Part shown: positions 43,513 to 51,834 of the stretch, in pieces
How the letters are laid out: each line of letters starts with the position of its first letter
How positions within the stretch are numbered: the stretch's first letter is position 1
Position numbers and translations under genes: made by a program
Assembly: GCA_963842685.1 (NCBI GenBank)
Contig: CAWJHT010000043.1
Coordinates: 384-64,383, forward strand
DNA length: 64,000 bases
DNA from: an uncultured delta proteobacterium
GTDB lineage: Bacteria; Desulfobacterota; Syntrophia; Syntrophales; UBA5619
Direction of reading: 5' to 3'
Notes under the pieces: generated by a model
Database searches by the model: none
What the model saw: only the letters and a program-made list of their open reading frames with translations
Told to the model about the DNA's origin: nothing

Positions 43513-44364
43513 CTAGAAACTGAAGCTCGCCATGATGCCGCCCACGAAAAACGAGCTGTCGCGTTCGGACGGCACGGTTCCCTTGAGGCCATATCCCTTC
43601 ATTTCATCCTTTGCATCGCCGGTCAGCGGGAAGATGTAGGAGAGCGTCGGCGTAATCGTGATCCGGTCGGTCGCCTTGATCGGCAGGCTGGCCGACACGG
43701 ATTCCGTCGTGGAAGTTGCTGAACTTGTCGGTCGTCGCCACGGCATTGCTGTCGAATTTCGGGTAGGTGACCTCGTCGGTGCTCAGCAGGTAGCTGGCCG
43801 ACGCCGCCAGCTTCAGGGACATCATCTTGTTCAATTCGAAGACGTGAGAGATTCCGAGCAGGAAATACCAGTTGCGGTAATGATCGATCTCCTTATAGAC
43901 CGTCAGCGTCGGCGACAGCAGGGTGTTGAGCGAGACGGTGGCGAAGAGCTCCTGGGAATCGTTCCGGTCCGCGGCGTCCTTGTTCAGCGAAGCCAGGCTG
44001 TAATAGATGTAGCCGCCCCCCACATTGAAGAGCCCCAGCGTCTTGCTGTAGGAGAGGGTCAGATCCGTTTCGTTCCAGGTCCCCGTATAGGACGCGTCTG
44101 GTCGGGGAGTAGGGCTTGGTATCCAGATTTCCCCAGAGGTTGGCCGAGAACCCTTTGTAGCCGATGGTCATCGACGGTTGGATGACGACGCTGTTCCGGC
44201 TCAGTTCGTAGCCTCTCCAGATGTACTGATTCAGGACGGCGGTCGTGAAGTCGCCGGTGGGCTTGTCCTCCTCGGCCCAAAGCGGTGCGGCCGGGACGTG
44301 CCAGTACCGTGAACATGAGCAAACCAATTGCAAACCACTTTCTGAAACCTGAATTCTTTTTCAT
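43513..44364 (-). CDS. TorF/Gcw_chp-like putative outer-membrane porin; at least four frame breaks
   Basis: MKKNSGFRKWFAIGLLMFTVL.., DFTTAVLNQYIWRGYELSRNSVVIQPSMTIGYKGFSANLWGNLD, ..YIYYSLA.., C-terminal ..FFVGGIMASFSF. AGGAGG RBS 6 nt before ATG 44364. Confidence 0.6.
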
Positions 44365-44456
44365 AACCATTCCTCCTTCTTCTGCAGTAAAAATTCTGTT
44401 TGTTTGATGAATCAAGACGCGCCCTCAAGCGCCGATCCCGTTTGGCCCTCTATAGG

Positions 44457-44471
44457 GCAACAAGGGTGCCA
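44457..44471 (-). promoter_or_regulatory. sigma54 (-24/-12) promoter of the porin-like/amtB/glnK operon
   Basis: Minus strand reads TGGCAC-CCTTG-TTGC, a perfect match to TGGCAC-N5-TTGC, ~90 nt upstream of the first ATG. Confidence 0.65.
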
Positions 44472-44896
44472 ACCGGGCCAATGAGCTGCATATATCTGGA
44501 TAGATTAATTAATTTTCTAAATGCCCGAATGGCTTGGCGAAGAAAATATTGATACAAATTTGTTCGTTTGCTGGAGAGTATGACGAAAATGTGGTCCGAT
44601 CCGGGTGGATGGGAAGAGGAATGACGAAGATAATGGGACGGTCAACGATCCCACTTGCTAGACATGATCGATGCCTGGAGGGTGACTATGGAAAACAGGT
44701 TGAGGTGGGCAATATAAACATCAGGAGCAGATGAGCAATTCGATGAAGCCTAAGGTCATGCGTTTCGAAGAGCCGGCCTCCTGGTCTTCGTCTTTTTACG
44801 ATTCTTATGGTATACAAGAGCATCAGCGGTGCCAGAATGGCTGTTGATCCCGTCGAACACGGTGTTGTGCCAACTTGTATTAAAGAGGAGAGACTG

Positions 44897-45117
44897 ATGC
44901 TCAAAGCCGAAGAAATGTGGCAGTGCCAGATGACCAACTGCGGCTATATCTATAACCCGAATCGCGGCGACAAGAAAGGCAAGATCCCCCCGGTACCCCG
45001 TTCGAAGACCTGCCGGACGACTGGAAATGCCCCTGCTGCGGCTCCAGCAAGTCCATGTTCAAGCCTCTGACTGGTCCGGGTTCGGTGATGGGGCCGGCCG
45101 TCAAATGCTCCACGTGA
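44897..45117 (+). CDS. rubredoxin-type protein; 1-nt frame break near 44990
   Basis: [20 protein letters not shown] then [23 protein letters not shown] (two CxxCG knuckles). RBS AGAGGAG. The break is in the run gatccccccggtacc. Confidence 0.8.
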
Positions 45118-45464
45118 GCAGGGGCTGAATCGGAGAATGAAGATGCTCCAGCTCATGTGCGAAGTTCTGAAACGAGAGGTCTGGGTGCAGGCTGGTTTCT
45201 CCCGATGATACAGGCTGAGATTTGTTTTCTGCGCACAAATTGACAGAAAGTTTAAAAGTAACCAACCTTCTCCCGAGAAAATTACCATGCAGTCAAACTT
45301 CTGCACGCACATTCTCCCGTGATGGCTGACAAGAGGCTGACAACAGAGATGGTTCCTGAACGGGGTTGAGGCGTTGATTGGTTATAAAAAAAGACGAGAG
45401 CCGCCTATGCCGTCTTGTCTTTTACTGGAGTCCATCATTTAAGATCTGGTCTATAAGGGTGACA

Positions 45465-45556
45465 ATCACCACGAAGACCCTGTGATTCTTCTTTCGTTAA
45501 CATCCAGTAGAATAGACTCAATACGTGCATCGCAGTATCTCGTCGTTTGATTCTCT
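45465..45556 (+). repeat. copy A of a degenerate non-coding direct repeat
   Basis: atcaccacgaagaccctgtgattcttctttcgtt..catccagtagaatagactcaatacgtgcatcgcagtatctcgtcgtttgattc aligns with copy B at roughly three-quarters identity by eye. Confidence 0.6.
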
Positions 45557-45690
45557 TATCGGCATATTCCCAATAAAACTTGAGAGGGAATAAAACGGTT
45601 TGAGGCTATGAGTAATGAAGAGAGCTGCAATGCTTTTTATCCATAAGCTGTAGTCAGCTCATTAAATAACTGCTCTTTAAGCAGTTTATC

Positions 45691-45812
45691 ATTACCACCA
45701 AGACCTCACGATGCTTCTCTGTTTACCTCACAGTGAAATGACGTGACTTTTATTCACATCCCAGTGACATAACTCAATCCAAGCATTGCAGCATCTCGAC
45801 GACTTTAGTTTA
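45691..45812 (+). repeat. copy B of the degenerate direct repeat (carries a ~30-nt insertion)
   Basis: attaccaccaagacctcacgatgcttctctgttt..[insert]..catcccagtgacataactcaatccaagcattgcagcatctcgacgactttagtttac. Confidence 0.6.
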
Positions 45813-45873
45813 CTGATGATCATCCTGATGTCAAGAGGGCATTTTACAGATCAACAGCCCCTCAAATAAGATC

Positions 45874-46074
45874 TTACAGCTTGCGAACATTCTCGGCAGC
45901 CGGACCCTTAGCGCCTTGGACAACGTCAAAACTGACCCGATCACCCTCGGCCAGCGATTTGAAACCTTCTCCCTGGATTGCGGAATGATGCACGAAAAGG
46001 TCCTTGCCGCCCTCCTGTTCGATAAAACCAAATCCTTTTGAATCATTAAACCACTTCACTTTTCCTTCTGCCAT
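45874..46074 (-). CDS. cold-shock protein (CspA family)
   Basis: [18 protein letters not shown] (RNP1) ..DLFVHHSAI (RNP2). 66 aa. Long AT-rich 5' leader region up to ~46300. Confidence 0.95.
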   Translation of the reverse strand: MAEGKVKWFNDSKGFGFIEQEGGKDLFVHHSAIQGEGFKSLAEGDRVSFDVVQGAKGPAAENVRKL

Positions 46075-46447
46075 CTTTGGTTCTCCTCTCAATGTGTTCG
46101 TTTTTTAAGCCTTCTGTATCTCCCCCTCTTTCGATAATCCAAGAGTCCTGCTTTAATGAATATTACAATTCAATTTGTCCTTTTCCGCCTTTTAAAAAAC
46201 CAACCATATGACAGCAGTCGGGATTGGAAGTCATTTTTCACTTTCTATATAGGGGGAAGGAAAATTATTCAATTTCTTTCTCAATCAGTGTCTTGATTAT
46301 AGAATACGCTCATTCCCAACACAGTCAAGATATATTATCATCACGGCAGCGCCGCATCGAATTTCAATAGGTGGTTTATAGAGACATAGAACGCAGACTG
46401 AGGAAGCATTCGAAAGTGGCCAAGACCTTGCATCCATCAGCTGAAGG

Positions 46448-47437
46448 CTAGTTCACCTTCAGGCCGATCTCTTTGACTACCGTCGACCACTTCTGCTGCT
46501 CGTCGCGCACAAATTTTCCAAATTCGCTCGGCGTGCGATATACGATTTCGGTGCCAAACGTCCGCATGGAGTTCTGAACGTCCGGCTGCTTGAGAAGCCC
46601 TGACATTACGGTGTTGAGCTTCGCGATCACATCCTTGGGCAGCGCAGCCGGGCCAAGGATGCCGAGCCATAAAGTCGCTTCGTAGCCTTTGACTCCGGCT
46701 TCCGCAATCGTCGGTACGTCGGGCAATTCCGGTGAGCGCTTGGCGCCGGTCACCGCAAGCGCCCGCAGGCGGCCGTCCTTGATGTACTGCAGCATACCCG
46801 CGATCCCCGGGAAACCCACTTTGACCTCCCCGCTCAACAGTTCGGTGGTCGCCTGCGCACTGCCTTTGTACGGAATGTGAAACATATCGATTCCCGCCAT
46901 CGACGAAAACAGTGCGGCGAACAGATGCTGCGAACTGCCGTTGCCGGACGACGCATAGTTGATTTGCCCGGGTTTCTCTTTCGCGAGCGCGATCAGCTCA
47001 CGCACCGATTTCACCGGCAGCGACGGATGCACCACCAGTACGTTCGGCGCTTCGCCGAATTGCAGCACCGGCGCAAAATCGGTGACCGAATCGTAAGAAA
47101 GATTTTTATACAGGCTCGCACTGATGACGTGGGTATTGGAAATCAGCAGCAGCATGTAGCCATCGGGCGTCGCCTTCGCGACAGCCGCGGCGCCAATCGT
47201 TCCGCCCGCGCCGGGACGGTTGTCGACGAACACTTGCTGGCCGAGTGCTTCGGACAGCTTATGCATCAGCATGCGGCCGGGCGCATCGGCCGCGCCCCCG
47301 GGCGAAAACGGCAACACCATGCGAATCGGTCGATTCGGGTAATTCTGGGCCTGGGCGATGGATGGTGAGACAATCGCCAGGGACAACGCTACAATACATG
47401 CGGTTTTGATTCCGGTTAATGCAGATGCTACTTTCAT
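46448..47437 (-). CDS. Bug-family (TctC-like) periplasmic substrate-binding protein, orphan
   Basis: Signal peptide ..LSLAIVSPSIAQA, PIRMVLPFSPGGAAD, YASSGNGSSQHL. GGAGGGG RBS before ATG 47437. Confidence 0.9.
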   Translation of the reverse strand: MKVASALTGIKTACIVALSLAIVSPSIAQAQNYPNRPIRMVLPFSPGGAADAPGRMLMHKLSEALGQQVFVDNRPGAGGTIGAAAVAKATPDGYMLLLISNTHVISASLYKNLSYDSVTDFAPVLQFGEAPNVLVVHPSLPVKSVRELIALAKEKPGQINYASSGNGSSQHLFAALFSSMAGIDMFHIPYKGSAQATTELLSGEVKVGFPGIAGMLQYIKDGRLRALAVTGAKRSPELPDVPTIAEAGVKGYEATLWLGILGPAALPKDVIAKLNTVMSGLLKQPDVQNSMRTFGTEIVYRTPSEFGKFVRDEQQKWSTVVKEIGLKVN

Positions 47438-47529
47438 TTCCCCTCCGTTCATATCATTGCGAACTCGCTTTTGCACGGGATTGAGGATAGGGAAAGCGGT
47501 TTTTTATGTCAAGGAGATTTTAGAGGAAG

Positions 47530-48300
47530 CTACTCTCTGCTGAATCCAGCTTCCGCCAACACGGTCACGCCCACGTTCGTCTGCAAGAAATCAATAAAAT
47601 GCTTTGCGTTTACACTCGCTCCATTCAATCTTGCGGCCGCATAGGGCGTCATCAGGGTATAGGGCTCCGGCAATCGGCCCACGAGGGATACGCCGGGATG
47701 CAATGAGATCTCACTGGATTGGCTCACCCCGAGTTCAACGCGTCCATCCGCGACGGCCTGAATCACTTCCACGCCGAACGGCATCATGGTCGCGCGGTCA
47801 GCGATCCGGCCGCGGATGCCAAGCTGATCCAATACCTTGGCGAAATGCCTCCCGGCCGTAGCGCCATGCTCCGGATCGGCATAGGAAATCGATTTCGCGC
47901 CGAGTAGGACTATCTTCAAGGCCTCGGGTGTGGAAATATCCGGAATGGATGCACCTTTTTGCGCTGCAAGTGCGATCGCAACCAAGCCCAGGTTCAGTCG
48001 TGAATCGGCGGCAATCAGGTTCTTTTCCAGCAGCGTGTCAAGCGCGGCGTGACTGAGCATCGCCACATCAGCCTTCTCGCCCTGCAGCAGACGGTCGCGC
48101 AACGCGCCCACGGTATCGTAGACCGGGACGACCTTGATGCCGGTCGCTCTGGTAAACTCGGGTGCGAGGCGAACCACCACTTCCTTGGTGGCGCCGGCGG
48201 CATATACCTTGAGTCCCTGTGCGTCCGCATTCCCGGGACCCTCCCATTGACCGGCCATCGCCAGGAGGACCGAACCGACGGCCTGTTTGTGTTCCAACAT
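47530..48300 (-). CDS. ModA-like (SBP_bac_11 type) periplasmic binding protein
   Basis: From internal Met 148 of the 403-aa ORF: signal-peptide-like MLEHKQAVGSVLLAMAGQWEGPGNADA|QG, then LKVYAAGATKEVV..KVVPVYDTVGAL... The ~256-aa size is typical of the family. Confidence 0.7.
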   Translation of the reverse strand: MLEHKQAVGSVLLAMAGQWEGPGNADAQGLKVYAAGATKEVVVRLAPEFTRATGIKVVPVYDTVGALRDRLLQGEKADVAMLSHAALDTLLEKNLIAADSRLNLGLVAIALAAQKGASIPDISTPEALKIVLLGAKSISYADPEHGATAGRHFAKVLDQLGIRGRIADRATMMPFGVEVIQAVADGRVELGVSQSSEISLHPGVSLVGRLPEPYTLMTPYAAARLNGASVNAKHFIDFLQTNVGVTVLAEAGFSRE

Positions 48301-48741
48301 CAGCAGGCGGGCGACGCGACCTGGGCCGAAAAGCAGCTCACCTAGTCCATTTTCATCTATTTCAAGACGCACCGCCAAAACCCGCGGTCCATGCCGACGC
48401 AGCAGCGCCTCGATCTGCCGATAGAAGCGTTCGGATCCGTCATCTGCAAGGAGCAGAAGCCGGGATACACGCACACCGCGTGGCGCGCCGATCTGCCGGT
48501 CCGCCATCTGCAGGCCCCGCTCCTCTGCGGCGAGTTTGCGCTCCGCCTTCTCCAGGCTGCGTACCACCTGTCCGGCGCTGTATGCGCTTCGCAGGGCCTC
48601 CGCCAGTTCCAGGGTCATCCCGGCTACCGGTATCTCGATCTCGCTCTCCTGCCAGAGCAGACGCGTGTGCGTGGTCAGGTTGCGTAGCAACTGCGGTCCT
48701 CGCGGATCAGACTCGACCGACTTCGGCAATCGTAAGGTCAT
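48298..48741 (-). CDS. hypothetical protein (weak L7Ae/YlxQ-like resemblance in its C-terminal half), reads in frame into the binding-protein gene
   Basis: 147 codons from ATG 48741. VSRLLLLADDGSERFYRQIEALLRRHGPRVLAVRLEIDENGLGELLFGPGRVA. There is no stop before the downstream Met; a TGATG overlap exists in the +1 frame. Confidence 0.4.
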
Positions 48742-48765
48742 ATGTCCTCGTCAAGCATACTCGGA

Positions 48766-49449
48766 TCAGTCAACGCGCCCGGCGATCCAAATCGTGTGGT
48801 ACCCTCCGCCGCGGGGACTTCGCGCCCGAACACGTTCCTCGTCAACCTCGAATCCCGCTTTGCGCAGCAGCCGGGCAAAAGCCTGATTGGGGCTTGCCGA
48901 CCACAGGGCGAAAACGCCTGCGGGCCGCAGTGCCGCAAAGATTGCATCCAGTCCAGTCCGTGTATAGAGCTGGTTGTTTCCCTTGCGGGTCAGGCCCCTG
49001 GGGCCATTATCCACATCCAGCAGGATGGCATCGTAGGCCCGGTGCTCCGTCTGGAGAATCTGCGCGACGTCGCATTCCCGAACCGTGACCCGGTCGTCAT
49101 CCAGGGGATGGCCTGCCAGGGCTGCAAGAGGCCCCCGGTTCCATGCCACCACCGCCGGCACGAGTTCGGCCACCACCACCCGGCTTTCGGCGCCGAGTCG
49201 GTTCAGTGCCGCGGCCAGGGTGTACCCCATGCCCAACCCTCCGATCAGGACCCGGGGACAGGGGAGGGAGGCGATCCTTGCACAGGCGAGCTCCGCCATC
49301 GCATCCTCCGATCCATGGACACGACTATTCATGAGTTCGGAACCATCCACCCGGATCGAGAACTCTCCACCGCGCTGGTATAGGCGAAGATCTCCCTTTT
49401 CGCCGGGAACCTGCGCGCTGTCAAGAAGCTGCCAGGGAATCATGGACAC
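48766..49449 (-). CDS. spermidine-synthase-like SAM-dependent methyltransferase-fold protein
   Basis: 227 aa. RVLIGGLGMGYTLAAAL (SAM-binding Gly loop), VVVAELVPAVV, AILLDVDNGP. Confidence 0.8.
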   Translation of the reverse strand: MSMIPWQLLDSAQVPGEKGDLRLYQRGGEFSIRVDGSELMNSRVHGSEDAMAELACARIASLPCPRVLIGGLGMGYTLAAALNRLGAESRVVVAELVPAVVAWNRGPLAALAGHPLDDDRVTVRECDVAQILQTEHRAYDAILLDVDNGPRGLTRKGNNQLYTRTGLDAIFAALRPAGVFALWSASPNQAFARLLRKAGFEVDEERVRARSPRGGGYHTIWIAGRVD

Positions 49450-49489
49450 CTCAAGGATCGGAGTCTGGAGTTTATACGGCTCAATAAGC

Positions 49490-50542
49490 TTACTGAATAG
49501 CGCCCGTGGTCATGTTGATGGCAAAGACGGAGACAGAATGTTCACCCTCATTTGCCGCATAGAGGAATTTCCCTGACGGGTGAACGGCAACGGAAGTAGG
49601 GTTCGCTCCTGCAGTCACAGCCGGTCCGGGTGCGGTCAATGCCCCGGTCGTCGTATCGATGGTGTAAAACGCGATGTCGTTGGTACCCCAATTTGCCGCA
49701 TAGAGGAATTTTCCCGACGGGTGAACGGCGACCGAAGCAGGATACGCTCCTGCGGTCACAGCCGTTCCAGCGGCCAACGCTCCGGTGGATGTATCGATCG
49801 TATAAACCGAGATGGTGTGGGAACCGTAATTTGCCGCATAGAGGAATTTTCCCGACGGGTCAACAGCAACGGAAGCAGGGTTCGCTCCCGCGGCCACGGC
49901 TGCTCCGGCGGTCAACGCCCCGGTGACCGTGTTGATCGTATAAACCGAGATGGTGCTGGAACCGTAATTTGCCGCATAGGCGAATTTTCCCGACGGATCA
50001 ACGGCGACGGAGGCGGGAGATGTCCCCGCAGGCACCGTCGGTCCGGGGGTCAATGCCCCTGTGGTCGCATTGATGGTATAGACAGAGATACTGTTATCAC
50101 CCTCATTTGCCGCATAGGCGAATTTTCCTGATGGATCGACGGCGACGGATGTGGGATTTGTCCCTGCAGCCACAGCCGTTCCGGCGGTCAATGCCCCGGT
50201 CGTCGCATTGATGGTATAAACCGAAATAGTATTGGAACCCCAGTTTGCCGCATAGGCGAATTTTCCCGACGGGTCGACGGCGACGGAGGTAGGTTTTGTC
50301 CCCGCAGCCACGTCCGTTACAGGAGTCAACGCGCCGGTCGCCGCATTGACGGTGTAGACGGAAATGTTGTTGGAACCCCAGTTGGCCACGTAAGCGAATT
50401 TTCCGGAGGACTCAACCGCAACAGAAGAGGGAGACGTTCCGGCAGTTGCCGCAGTTGTGGTGTTGTCACTGCCGCCTCCGCAGGCAGTACACATCACTAT
50501 AATAAAAAGAGCCAATGCCGACAATCCCAGTTTTCTCTTCAT
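49490..50542 (-). CDS. seven-bladed beta-propeller repeat lipoprotein (YVTN / lactonase-like)
   Basis: Signal peptide with Cys (..FIIVMCTAC). Seven ~46-aa repeats of P.SVAVDPSGKFAYAANWGSNTISVYTINATTGALT. AAGGAG RBS before ATG 50542. Confidence 0.8.
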   Translation of the reverse strand: MKRKLGLSALALFIIVMCTACGGGSDNTTTAATAGTSPSSVAVESSGKFAYVANWGSNNISVYTVNAATGALTPVTDVAAGTKPTSVAVDPSGKFAYAANWGSNTISVYTINATTGALTAGTAVAAGTNPTSVAVDPSGKFAYAANEGDNSISVYTINATTGALTPGPTVPAGTSPASVAVDPSGKFAYAANYGSSTISVYTINTVTGALTAGAAVAAGANPASVAVDPSGKFLYAANYGSHTISVYTIDTSTGALAAGTAVTAGAYPASVAVHPSGKFLYAANWGTNDIAFYTIDTTTGALTAPGPAVTAGANPTSVAVHPSGKFLYAANEGEHSVSVFAINMTTGAIQ

Positions 50543-51169
50543 AAAAAACTCCTTTTTTGTTTTCCGGGTCGGATAGATCAATATCTCCGGATGGCTTATT
50601 CACGTTTTAGAGATGCGGCAAATATTCTCCCCTGTCAAGGGATATTCATCCGCTCGAGACCTCGCTGCACGGTTCGCCCTTGTTCACAACGCTGCAACGT
50701 CTCTGTCTTCGTCGGTGCGCTCGCATCGATGGGAGGTCTCGTCGTTTTTGGAATTGATCGTGTCATTATGATCTCCGTCCCGCTCTTGCCTTCGAGGCGC
50801 CGGTGCTGTCACAGGCCTGAAGCAAAGCGCCGAACCCCAGGCCGGCAATCGCAATCGCCCGCCGGGAAAATCCACCTGAAAATCGCCATCGGACGATCCA
50901 TACCACCTCCCTTTGCTCTACACGCGGTTTATTAGCAGAGTGGCAACGGACCCACAAGGGGAAAAACCGGTCGGAAGGAGCAGCCTTGCTCCAACGGCGG
51001 CATGCGCGGTCGGGACCGAGGCCTGTTCATCATCCCTATCATCCATTTTATAAATATGATACATAGGATACAGGCCTGATCGGCCGGTGGTACGCGGCGG
51101 CGCCGGGAAGGCGGGAAGCGGGAGCGGACCCGCGGATGATAAAAAAACGAACGAGATCGGAGGAATCAC

Positions 51170-51819
51170 ATGACGACGCCCAAAATTCTTCAAGTCTTTT
51201 CGGATTACGTCTGACCCTGGTGCTACTTCAGTACCGGGCGTATTGAAAAGCTGCGTGAGAACTTCGAGGTTGAAATCCAATGGAAGGCCTTTCCCCTCCA
51301 CCCCGACACCCCGGAGGAGGGGCTTTCCCTGGATGAGCTCTATGCGGGCCTGAATCTCGATCCCCGCGAGGTGAAGGCCCGCCAGAAGCGGGCGGCAGCG
51401 GAGCTGGGGCTGCCTCTCGGGGAGCGAACGATGACCTACAACAGCCGGCTCGCCACCGAGTTGGGCAAATGGGCGGAGAGCAAAGGGAAAGGGGAAGAAT
51501 TCCATAAGGCCGTTTTTCGGTCCTACTATGTCGACGGGAGCAACATTGCCAAACCCGACAAACTGATCGCACTGGCCGAAGAGGTGGGGCTTACCCGGGC
51601 GGGAAGCCGAGGAAGTCCTGAGAACGAGGGCATTCGGGAAGGCGGTCGACGCCGATTGGGCTCTTGCCGCCAAGCTGGGAATCTCGGCCATCCCGACCTT
51701 CGTCCTCGACGGGTGGTCCGTGGTGGGCGCTCAGCCTTACGAGACGTTGGAAAAACTCCTGCTGGACCACGGTGTAAAAAAGAGATTAAGTCCGTTGAAC
51801 TCAAGATGAACGGTTTCGG
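51170..51819 (+). CDS. DsbA/FrnE-like thiol:disulfide oxidoreductase with in-frame TGA (51212-51214) at the first Cys position of CxxC; also one frame break near 51598
   Basis: GGAGG RBS. MTTPKILQVFSDYV-TGA-PWCYF.. (family motif F.D..CPWCY), ..GISAIPTFVLDGW (cis-Pro loop), and C-terminus ..PYETLEKLLLDHG. Confidence 0.7.
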
Positions 51820-51834
51820 GGAGGAAAATTTCGC

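Noticed and set aside
49520-50420. Regular 138-nt repeats as a possible CRISPR-like array. The 19.3-kb tandem repeat was checked for the same reason.
   Set aside because: The repeats are contiguous with no unique spacers, and they translate into propeller blades within one ORF. The 19.3-kb repeat has only two units. No cas genes are present.
50684-50957. Small lipoprotein-like ORF on the minus strand (..SRRAIAIAGLGFGALLQAC..).
   Set aside because: The signal-peptide-like segment, the possible start and the tail lie in three different frames. I could not reconstruct a consistent gene, so it is left unannotated.
50918-51691. 257-aa minus-strand ORF.
   Set aside because: It is antisense to the DsbA/FrnE-like gene and the upstream spacer, and has no motifs.
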